From: an uncultured archaeon
Lineage (GTDB): Archaea; Asgardarchaeota; Thorarchaeia; Thorarchaeales; Thorarchaeaceae
NCBI GenBank assembly: GCA_964590575.1
Contig: CAZPWM010000035.1
Location: 6,309 to 30,474 of the forward strand
Direction: 5' to 3'
Length of the DNA stretch: 24,166 bases
Part shown: piece by piece, positions 1 through 9,800 of the stretch
How the letters are laid out: every line of letters begins with the position of its first letter
Numbering within the stretch: position 1 is the first letter of the stretch
Position numbers and translations under genes: made by a program
Notes under the pieces: model-generated
What the model saw: only the letters and a program-made list of their open reading frames with translations
Told to the model about the DNA's origin: nothing
Database searches by the model: none

Positions 1-537
1 CATTACAACAGCACATGTATCGATATGCTTCAGAAACCATCCACGGTTAATGTCTTTCCAAAGAATATGTCTGCTGAAATTGCCACCCACGATGGTGTAG
101 GTGTCAATCCCCTTGACAGTGTTCAAGTCGGAAACATAAACATCACTGCTTTCTATATGTATACTGAGATTTGGATCGACGACGTTAGGTATGCAAGTCA
201 TCCCTCTGAAGCATACTGGACAAGTTACATTATTGATATCAATGGATTCAAAATTTTCCATGCTGGTGACTCGAAGAATATCACCGAGTATGAAATGATA
301 ACTGGTCAGATGGATGTGGTCCTACTACCACTGGGTCCAGGTTGTCAATCAATGGCCGATTTAGAGGTGGTTGACGCTATAAACGAATTACAACCTGGCT
401 ACTTCATTCCAATACACTTCGAGCATAACATCATTGCTGAGTTATGGGTCCTATCCTACTCTGATGAAATAGCAGCTTGCTCAGATTGCGTTCCGATATT
501 TCTTGAGTACCTATCATCCTATACCTTTGAGCCTTGA
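1..537 (+). CDS. Metallo-beta-lactamase-fold hydrolase (UPF0173/UlaG-like), 5'-truncated by the window edge
   Basis: Frame is open from base 1 (HYNSTCIDM...). Motifs ASHP, SYIIDINGFKIFHAGDS, DVVLLPLG and FIPIHF are typical of the C-terminal half of MBL-fold proteins. Confidence 0.8.
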   Translation, partial: HYNSTCIDMLQKPSTVNVFPKNMSAEIATHDGVGVNPLDSVQVGNINITAFYMYTEIWIDDVRYASHPSEAYWTSYIIDINGFKIFHAGDSKNITEYEMITGQMDVVLLPLGPGCQSMADLEVVDAINELQPGYFIPIHFEHNIIAELWVLSYSDEIAACSDCVPIFLEYLSSYTFEP

Positions 538-559
538 TTGGGGTTCACACCTAGGCAAT

Positions 560-598
560 GAGTTGGAGGTTTGTTTCCTTCAACTCTATCATTTTTTT
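560..598 (+). terminator. Stem-loop plus T-tract after the MBL gene
   Basis: GAGTTGGAGG-tttgttt-CCTTCAACTC followed by tatcaTTTTTTT, about 22 nt after the stop. Confidence 0.6.
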
Positions 599-649
599 GG
601 GAATCCTTGAAAACCAATGAACAATTCCTAAGGATGTTGAATTCTGATT

Positions 650-691
650 AAGGAAAAAAGAGGATGTGTGGTCGTGCATTACACACGACCA
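650..691 (-). terminator. Stem-loop plus T-tract downstream of the small minus-strand ORF
   Basis: Perfect 8-bp inverted repeat TGGTCGTG (669-676)/CACGACCA (684-691); the minus strand then reads cctcttttttcctt. Confidence 0.5.
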
Positions 692-736
692 GTACAACTT
701 GTTTAGTTATCTCTTTTGAGATGGATGACACAATGC

Positions 737-850
737 TTACCTCTGGAAGGAAGTTCTATAAACTTCAGACCTTACTTGCGACTTTAGTTGCAGATGTTCC
801 TTCATGTCTGGTTCAGCACTGGGTTTTCTCCTAAGTTTAGCGAATGCCAT
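737..850 (-). CDS. Putative 37-aa basic small protein (below the ORF-track cutoff)
   Basis: ATG at 850, TAA at 739-737: MAFAKLRRKPSAEPDMKEHLQLKSQVRSEVYRTSFQR. GGTG motif about 8 nt upstream; terminator-like hairpin downstream; sits in an otherwise empty 560-nt gap. Confidence 0.55.
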   Translation of the reverse strand: MAFAKLRRKPSAEPDMKEHLQLKSQVRSEVYRTSFQR

Positions 851-1101
851 TGTTTAAACACCATGTATTGTGGAATCAAAATAGGATATCTATTGGCGTG
901 TACAGATTGGTGTCATTTCTGACCTTGAGCCTACTATTTTCTGTAAAAATCTGAATTGCCTGGTTCTGATTAATGCACTTCAAGAATACTTTTCAAGAAT
1001 ACGAATTTCCACTCCCGTTTCGCTTTTCTAATCCCTACTAGAGTAGGAACTCCCGATATCCATAGAGGAACTGCCAACTTAGTAGTCAATACTAACATAT
1101 C

Positions 1102-1884
1102 TCATCGGATCATCGGTCGAGGTAACGCCTCACGTTTGTGCATAGATTGTTTCATGAGCTGCATGACCTTCTCCACCTTTTCCTCTTCAATCCCCCACTC
1201 AACAATATCCTTGTCAGTCAGTCCTTTCTCAAGAGTGAGATAGAGGATGCTATCTAACTCATGATATGTGATACCCAGTTCACCCTCATCTGTTTGACCC
1301 GGCCACAAACCTGCTGATGGTGTCTTCTTCACGATTCTTTCAGGGATTCCAATGTGGTTGGACAAATCCCAGACATTCGTCTTGTAGAGTTCACCAATAG
1401 GAAGTATATCTGAACCCCCATCTCCATATTTTGTGAAATATCCCACCATAAGTTCGCTCTTATTACCCGTCCCTAGTACGATTCTATTCTCCTGATTTGC
1501 TCTCGCATACCATGTCACCATCCTAAGTCTTGCAGTTAAGTTACCAAGCGCGACTCTATCAAGTGATAGAGGGTCAAAAGCAGCTACTGCTTTTTTCAGT
1601 TCAAACAACTCGTGTCTAATACCAAGAGTTTTTGCTAGATGTTTCGCATCATCAACGTTGGTTGCATCCCTTTCTGTATCGACCGGCATCATGATGCCTA
1701 GCACTTTCTCAGGTCCGATGGCTTCGCATGCAAGTGTAGTAACAAGGCTTGAATCGATTCCTCCACTCAGACCAAGGACCACACCATCGAAACCTGCTTG
1801 ATTGACATAGTTCCTGATGAAGTTAACAATGATCTTTCGTGGTTTCTCGTAGTCATCCAATCTGAGTCCATCTGGGAGTTCCAT
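1102..1884 (-). CDS. nadE: NH3-dependent NAD+ synthetase
   Basis: GLSGGIDSS PP-loop, GNLTARLRM, GTGNKSE, GYFTKYGDGG, PSAGLWPGQTDE; no glutaminase domain. Confidence 0.96.
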   Translation of the reverse strand: MELPDGLRLDDYEKPRKIIVNFIRNYVNQAGFDGVVLGLSGGIDSSLVTTLACEAIGPEKVLGIMMPVDTERDATNVDDAKHLAKTLGIRHELFELKKAVAAFDPLSLDRVALGNLTARLRMVTWYARANQENRIVLGTGNKSELMVGYFTKYGDGGSDILPIGELYKTNVWDLSNHIGIPERIVKKTPSAGLWPGQTDEGELGITYHELDSILYLTLEKGLTDKDIVEWGIEEEKVEKVMQLMKQSMHKREALPRPMIR

Positions 1885-1979
1885 TAAGATCCCTCAGCTT
1901 TGCTACTTATTTTGTCCTTTTGTAGCTTACTTGAGCGGCAACGCCTGCCATCTATAAGAGATTTGGTCAAAATGCTTTA

Positions 1980-2675
1980 CTATGCTCCAAGAAGTAAGGT
2001 TTCTATCAGGAAGAAGAAGAAGGAAGCATTTCCAATGTAGAGAATCATCACTGTGAAAGCGCCAATAATCTTCAACCAGATGACGCGCTCCCTGACAAGA
2101 TTGAAGCAAATGAATGTTGAGAGACCAAGAAGCAACTCTGGGATAATGATATACCAAGCAAGATTTTCCGTCATTCCAATGACCGTGGCATTCCAAGATG
2201 GCAAAGCAACAAGAGTGATTTCAGCCAAGACAAATATCATTACTGAGAGAATTGACACCACCGTATAGGCCAGATTCAGGGATTTCCGTTCTTGAGTCTC
2301 ATTTCCAACAAACAGGATAATGAAAAATGGTATTGACCAGAGTCCTGCCATGTAGATTGGAATCGCTCCTCCAATCATCGGAAAACCATCAACTGGGAAC
2401 TGCAGCGCGCTCAAGGTTTCTGCAAGATACCAATCCGGAAAGACCATGAGAAGGCTCAGCATGAAAGCAAAAATCCAGATACTCTTCCACTCATCGTATC
2501 CTTTCCCATAGAATTCTACTATGATTAGACCATTGTAGATCATCACCAATACGAGCATTTTACCACTGATGGTGGCTGTTGGGATTGGAACTAAAAGAGT
2601 GACAGCTGCAAGCACAGCAAAGATGACTTGAATTAACAAGAAATCTCTGATCGGTTTTTCACTGAAAATCTGCAT
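1980..2675 (-). CDS. Polytopic membrane protein (DUF6989-like)
   Basis: About 7 hydrophobic segments; motifs FPDWYL, GFPMIGGAIPIYMAGLWSIP and YIIIPE recalled from this family (from memory, unverified). Confidence 0.65.
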   Translation of the reverse strand: MQIFSEKPIRDFLLIQVIFAVLAAVTLLVPIPTATISGKMLVLVMIYNGLIIVEFYGKGYDEWKSIWIFAFMLSLLMVFPDWYLAETLSALQFPVDGFPMIGGAIPIYMAGLWSIPFFIILFVGNETQERKSLNLAYTVVSILSVMIFVLAEITLVALPSWNATVIGMTENLAWYIIIPELLLGLSTFICFNLVRERVIWLKIIGAFTVMILYIGNASFFFFLIETLLLGA

Positions 2676-2822
2676 GATTTCTCTTTTACGAATGGAAACC
2701 TATAAAATGTGGGGCAAAGAACATATTAAGACTTATCTTCGCTCACGAAGGGAACTCGCCGGGGCTATGGTTCTTAATTTTTTTAGTGAAACCAATAGCA
2801 TGCTACTAAGAGGAGATTAAAA

Positions 2823-3716
2823 TTGTCAGAAAAAATAGGACAGCTGGATCTAGTCTTTGTTGTTGATAACACTGGATCTATGGGTCCTTACATCAACACA
2901 GTCAAGACAAAGATTCTAGAGATCATTCGCACAATCAAGAAGGAGGAGCTGTGTCATAGACTCAGGGTCGGACTGGTATCGTATCGAGACCATCCTCCAG
3001 AAGAGACCACTTATGTTACTCAGAAATACGAGTTTTCACCAGACACTTCTAAGATTGAAAGCTATGTTATGCAAATGAACGCCTCCGGAGGAGGAGATGG
3101 TCCTGAGGCAGTATCAACCGCACTTCAGGTCATGAATAAGATGGAATTTCTCAACGAGTCAGCCAAGATTGCTGTACTGATAGGTGATGCTCCTCCACAC
3201 GGGGTCGAGTCTGGAGACCGTTGGCCACAAGGTACGCCTGATGGAGCAAAATGGGACTTAGAAGCAAAGAGATCTTTTGAGAAGGGAATCGTTGTCCACA
3301 CTGTCGGATGCTTCCCCGAAATCGCAGGATATCAAAATGCTGTGAAAATATACGAACAGATAGCTGCCAATTCTCAGGGAAGGTTTTTCCCATTAGAGAA
3401 GGCTGATCTTCTTGTCAATATCATCACAGGAATTGCAGTAGAAGAGATTGACAAACTAGCAATCCAGAAGTCAATCCTTGAAGACCTCGGTGTAAGCATG
3501 GAGGAGTTTCCTGCTGACGAAGAGTTCACTGAGGATAAAATCTCAGAGATTGTTGCAAAGGTCCAAGCAAAAGGCGTCAAGAAACGTGCAATGGCTGCCA
3601 GACCTTCCAGTGCTCCTGCTGCAGCAAGTGAAGATCTGAGGATGGAAGAACAGGAGATAGACGAAGCCGACATCCGCGAGGCTGTGCGACAGCTGAAGTT
3701 CAAGTCACGAAAATAG
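2823..3716 (+). CDS. von Willebrand factor A (vWA) domain protein, probably cytoplasmic
   Basis: TTG start after GAGGAG. MIDAS-like DLVFVVDNTGSM, VGLVSYRDH, GGGDGPEAV, VLIGDAPPH. No signal peptide; charged helical C-terminus. Confidence 0.9.
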   Translation: MSEKIGQLDLVFVVDNTGSMGPYINTVKTKILEIIRTIKKEELCHRLRVGLVSYRDHPPEETTYVTQKYEFSPDTSKIESYVMQMNASGGGDGPEAVSTALQVMNKMEFLNESAKIAVLIGDAPPHGVESGDRWPQGTPDGAKWDLEAKRSFEKGIVVHTVGCFPEIAGYQNAVKIYEQIAANSQGRFFPLEKADLLVNIITGIAVEEIDKLAIQKSILEDLGVSMEEFPADEEFTEDKISEIVAKVQAKGVKKRAMAARPSSAPAAASEDLRMEEQEIDEADIREAVRQLKFKSRK

Positions 3717-3723
3717 CCTCTTT

Positions 3724-3757
3724 TGGTGCTGCGTAAAGCGGCACCACTTTCTCTCTT
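3724..3757 (+). terminator. Stem-loop between the convergent vWA and giant genes
   Basis: TGGTGCTGC-gtaaa-GCGGCACCA (3724-3746) followed by a pyrimidine tract. Confidence 0.55.
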
Positions 3758-3804
3758 AAATCGGTCAATTTTCCATTATTGAGTTCACAATTAGGACTCA
3801 AGGA

Positions 3805-6800
3805 CTATTCACTTTCTTCGACATCACTACTCTTCGATCCCATCTCTTCGAGTTCTACTAGAGCTTCAATTTGATCCTTGGAGAGCTTTTTGAGTTCAGC
3901 GAAGCCAACTGATTCTTTCACCTTTTCAGGGAGAAGCTCGATTAACTCTTTCTTTGTAAGACCTCTGCTTGCTTTTGGTTCTCCGATTTCCTCTTCTGGT
4001 TCGGATTCATCGTCCACAGAAGGCATCACAATCTCTTCAGACTCGATCTTCGTTTCTGGTCCATAATATGGTCCAACATCAAAGGAAGTACCAGTATCAA
4101 TCGGCTCATCTGCAATTTCACTTAGGGCTTTGTCTTCACCAACTCCATCACGTCTACTACGAGAAACTTTAGTTATACTCCTAGCCATCTTGGAGGACAA
4201 ATATGGGACCACCACCAAGAATACCACGGGCATAAGTACAATGACACCAAGAGAATAGCTCTTCAAGAAATCCATTGTCAGTACAGATGTACCAGCTAGG
4301 ACCACAAGGAACATGAAGAATTTTGTACGGATTGACGATCCGAGCTTTTCAACTAAATCCACACATTCCTGTTCCACTACAATGGGAGGTGTACCAAGTA
4401 CAGCCATCTCCCCAATTCTATAAAGTCCCTTGCTTATCTCTCTGTAAAGATTGACAACAACTATCACAATAGATGAGATATAGGCGGCAAATATTGTCAT
4501 CATTATGGTCGGAACTTCTAGTTCTCCAAGATGGAATACATTCTGCAGTACATAGAAATCGAGCCATTCAATACTGCGACCCCAATCAAATAGCTGCATG
4601 ATGACAAATGGGACAAATATCAGGTGCCATAGGCCAAGAAACATCCTTCTCCTGCTAACGGCTTGCGATTGGAGAATTGCCGATGTGGCATCTCTGTAGA
4701 GCCATATACCATAAAGGATTAGCGAAATTCCGAGTAAGAGCACACTTTCCAGAACCGCGAGATCATAGTTACCAGCTCCTGCGGACATATATGAATGAAC
4801 AACGGTCAATCCAGCAATCCCAACAACACCCAGATAGAGGTAATCTAACCTTCGTATCCCTCGAGTTAACTGCGCTTGGGATCCTCTTGTGATGGATAGT
4901 CCAGATGAAATCTTAAAGTATAGAAGCAGACCAATGAAGCTAATCAGGAATGAACCCAGAACCAGGATCCCAAAGTTCTCCATGTCCATTGAGAGCTGCG
5001 GTGCAGGTACAATGACCTCTGCAGTTACACTTCCTACTCCAGCTATGCATGTTGTACCTTCTGCGCTGACTACGATATTGTCCTCGCCAAAGCCCGCTCC
5101 TGTCACAATGAAACTGACAAAATAGGTTCCTTTCTGGGATGTTTCTATTGCTATTTCAGTGTGATTACGAAATGTAACATAAACAGAAAGACCAGACATC
5201 GGATTTCCATATTTGTCTGAAACTTCGATTGTGATGTTTACATATTCTCCCTTTACTGGTCTTTCAGGATAGTATTCTATTTTGAAACTCAGCTCTGCAA
5301 GTATCTCTACTGAACCTCGAAAAGTAGCATCTTGCGAGAGGAAGCTATGTTCGACCATCAGAGTGTAGTTGTACACCCCAGCAGCCCACCCGTCTGTTGA
5401 AACCAAAATAGAGTATGTGCCATTGACAAGATCAGTCAAAATGTAGAACGAATCATGAATGAGAACTGAAACAGAACCCCCAATCATAACATTGCCAAGC
5501 ATGTCTTCCAAATTCAAGGTGAAGAGAATATCTTCGGTTCCTTGGATGAATTGATCCTCGTTCAGTGGGGATAGTACAGACGCAATTGTGTCACTCGTCA
5601 CTTGGATGTTGAAAATTCGGGTTTCTGATGGAAAATGTATTCCCGCAATGGTAATGTTGAGGGCATATGTTCCTGGCACGACCTCTGGAAGTATTGTCCA
5701 AGATTTGAGGGAGGCTGTTGATATACCTGATATACTATATATGCCACCAAAATCAAAAATGTAACTGAAGGTGTAGATTGGATTGTCCCATTGATCAAAC
5801 ACACTAATGTCAAATGTCACATTCTGGTAGTTTAACACAGTTGTTGGATTGGTTACTACTGTGATATGAGCACTCCCAGTAATCGAGAAGTGTACATAGG
5901 CTGTATAGGTGTCCATGAATCCTTGGGAGGCTGTAATCTTTGCTGTGTATTCTCCAAGCGGCAGCTGCGTGGTAGCTAATGTCACCATGTAGATGCCCTG
6001 AGATGTTTCTGTTAATGCGAAAGTGCTACCTAGTAGGTCTAGCTCAACATCTGCTCCTGTTATGTTGAAGAATAGCTCATCCTGTACATGTACTGTGAAC
6101 TGAATTGGAGTTCCCTGTGAAAACGCGGAATAGTCCGTTGGTGTAAGAATAGTAGCAGAAACCACTCCTTGAACATCAATGCTGAAGCTGAACATCGAAT
6201 ATAACAGATAAGTTCCATTCAGCGTCATATTCAGTAAGTACTTACCTGGTGTGAAACTTGGATCGACTGTCCAAGACAGCCGATAGGATGATGAAGTTCC
6301 TGTCAGGTTATATACTCCTGCAAAGTCCAAGGTATAATTGAAACCTGATAATGGATTTCCATATTGATCGGTCACAGTGAAATTGAATGTAACATCGTTC
6401 TTGTTTTGCACTGGGAACGGTGAATATGATAGCTTGACATCAGCGAACCCCTCAAGTGATAGATCCATGGAAACCTCTTGAGAGTCTAGATACGTGTGAA
6501 TAACTCTGATTATTGCATTATACTGACCTAGTGGGAATCCAGCTGTTGGTATGTTTCTAGAGTAAAAACCTGGAATGCCCTCGGTTAACGTATAACTGCT
6601 CCCATGGATTGTGACACTTACTTGGCAACCCGCTATATCATAACCACTCAAGTCTTCCACGTGGACTGTGAAGTTTATTTGATCGCCCTGTGAAATGACT
6701 GAGCCATTTAATGGTGATACGACACTTGCATTCGGAGTTCCCCTCACATCTACCCAGATTGTGTATTCATAATGAGCAATGAAGTTGCCATCAATTACAA

Positions 6801-9800
6801 TATCAAGAGGATAAGATGCGGGGTAGAGATCTGGCAGGAATTCCCAACTCAGTTCATACCAATCTGATGTCCCTGACTTGGAGTAGGTTCCAGCGAAGGT
6901 AAGTGTGTAATCGAAGTTCGAAAGTGGGTTTCCATAAATATCAATGACAGCGAAATACATAGTCACATTTTGATGGTTCCAGACAAGTTCCAGTATCTCT
7001 GCATCAACCACAGCCTGACCGTTAACTGTCAGAGTATGATGAAAGTCTGCTTCAATCAAGTAGGGATGGTCTGCATATACAATCAGGGAGTAATTACCTG
7101 GGGAATATCCGTTTGTGTCCAATGTCACTGAATAGGTTCCATCCCAGTTGTCAATAAAGGCTAGGCTGCCGGGACTTAACATTGTAACAGTTGCACCAGT
7201 AATTGGATTTCCATCCCAGTCTGTTAGTGTGAGGGTCAGAAATGTCGAGTTTCCCTGACTTAGAATCCACCCAAGTGAAGAGTCAAGATCCATACTAGCC
7301 AATGAGTATACAAAGAGGTCGTGATAATCTGACCTTGGGCTACCAAAATCAGACCCAACATATACTACAAAGCTCTGATGTCCAATAGCCAATGACGCAT
7401 TTAATTCAACACTGAATTCAGCACCTGAAATATATTGGGCTGTGAAGTTGCTTCCATCCAGTTCCACAACTGCCCACGCACCATCAGGGAATGCACCATA
7501 TGAATCATAGATGAATATAGAAACAGTGAAGTTTTCCCCTCCATTAACAGTAGATACATAATTAATTACAGGATAGAGGTTTCCTGTGACTACCATATAG
7601 AATTCGCCGAAGTTCCTTCCTTCAACATAAGGATGTTCCACAGTGATTTTCGCTGTGTAATTACCAACAGGCAATGCAGCTGCAGTATTTAACCGATATT
7701 TTCCTGACTGAATTTCGCTAAGTGGAAACTCATTTCCATCAAAGCTAATTCTCACATCAGCGCCACTGATAGAATTACCGTATGTATCAGTAATGTTAAG
7801 CCAAATTACGAAATACTGGTCTTGAGTCACTTGACTAGGGGCGCTTCTTGCTATATTCAGCGTATTTGTGAAGATGGAAACAGAGCTTGCTAGATTCTTG
7901 ACACTTGTTGCATAGCTATGGTTTGCAGAAACCAGTAGAGCATAGCTCCCGGGCGCCTTCGTTACACTTGGTATCAATATCCAATAGAATTGCCCAACAT
8001 GAGTTGCTACATACTCAGTAGCATCAAAGGTCAATGTTACATCTGCATTTACGACCTTACCGCCTAGGCTGTCAGTAACAGTAATGTTGACTTGAAGATC
8101 ATTACCTTGTAGTAGCTCGGGCTCACGAATGATAGAGATGGCCAAAGGCGACTCCACCCTCAATGCATCTGCTTCGAATTGAGTAAATGGGTCATAGTAA
8201 TCATGATTTACATTGAGAGTTAGATTTACCATACCCATTGGCCAATTAGGAGTAATAATGGTTGTATAAAGATGCATGATTTCATCATAGACTAATCCAA
8301 GTGTTTGTTGGGATGTCCCGCCTCCAAACTCGTACTCAAACTTCAGTGAAACCACTGAATCAGAAACTGGTTCATTATAGGCATTTAGGACTGTGGCATT
8401 AGCCCAGATATTGCTGCCCTGAAGAGTTGTGCTTGATTCTAATACAAAAGTTGTATTCAGAATGTATAGGAGATCAATGTTACGAATTGTCGCTAGACTA
8501 TATCGAGCACGAAGTACAGGGAATGCTGCAATGTCTTCACCTACACCAGCATCGACACTAGTCACTTTGACCATATTGAATATCATTCCAACTTGAGCTT
8601 GATATTCAACAACACCCTGGAAATTGATAGCTGTAAGCATGTCATCTGATGTTGAAATCAGAAACTCATCTGCGCCATCTCCATCATAATCCAATGTAAC
8701 TACACTGGTTGGGAATGCCTCACTAACAAACACAGACCACTGTCTGGGTGTTGCATCCGCTAAATCACATAGCGAAATGTTTCCTGATTCCTCGAAGACA
8801 AATAATTCGTCAATCTCATCAGAGTCTACATCATAGGGGAATACTCCTTTAATGTGATCCCCTAGCAACTCCGTATATGGGGCATCTCCCACTTGTAATG
8901 TTTGATAATCAATCAAGCACAAGTAAATCGTAGGAGTGTCGCCCGACCAGCCACTATATGCAACAAGGAATTGCTCACTTACGTGTGTTGAGTTCTTGTA
9001 TGGAGCAATTCCAAGAGGCATGTCTCCTAATGTTAAACCCGGTGAAGAATAATCCAAAGTTTTCAGTTTTGTAAGGTTGTAAGCCTGATAGATATCTACT
9101 CTACTATTATCTCTTAGAATTGCTATCTGAGGTCTTGCACCTACAATCGTAGCATATGCCATTCCCACTACATCGTTGTTATCCAAAAGCGCATCAGTGA
9201 TTGCAATTGAAAAATCATGTTCTATCCTTCTGATAGAGCGAGTGGAGTAGTTACCCTCAACATAGTGAATCTCATCAAATCCGTCCTGATCATCATCAAA
9301 TACAAATATTGGGTTCTCATTGATTACTGGAACCTCTTTGTAAGCCACATTCTTCCAGGAAGTCAAATCAATTCCATGAAACACATAGAATATTGTGTGA
9401 GTTGAGTTGTACCTGACGACAACCGGATCCAAAATTGCATCACCATCATGCATACCAGAATAGACCTCGAAGCTATCGTATGGTTTCGTGCTTCCGATAA
9501 TGACATCTGAAATAGCAGTTCCATTAGGTGCGAAAGTTCGTAGTGTTGCCGTCCTTGCAGTTGAATCAATGGTGATTATGTGAATTAGCTCGTCGCCAAT
9601 GGTATTATTGCCTTGAGCAAGAACATGACCCATTGCATGGTCGATTGTCGCATTGAAATAGAAACCATCTGCAAAGTGGTCCTCAACGTTGAGTGTTTCT
9701 GGATTTGTTTCATTTCCATAAGCGAACGAGTTTAGATATGCATCGATAATCTCGATGTAGTAGAGGTACTCTCCTGCCTGTAAGTCTGTAGTGATGTAGA

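Noticed and set aside
4680-5060. GPCR DRY motif or GAIN/GPS cleavage site in the giant protein
   Set aside because: TM3 is followed by YRD, not DRY, and no CxCxHL(T/S) motif precedes TM1; homology to true GPCRs cannot be claimed from motifs.
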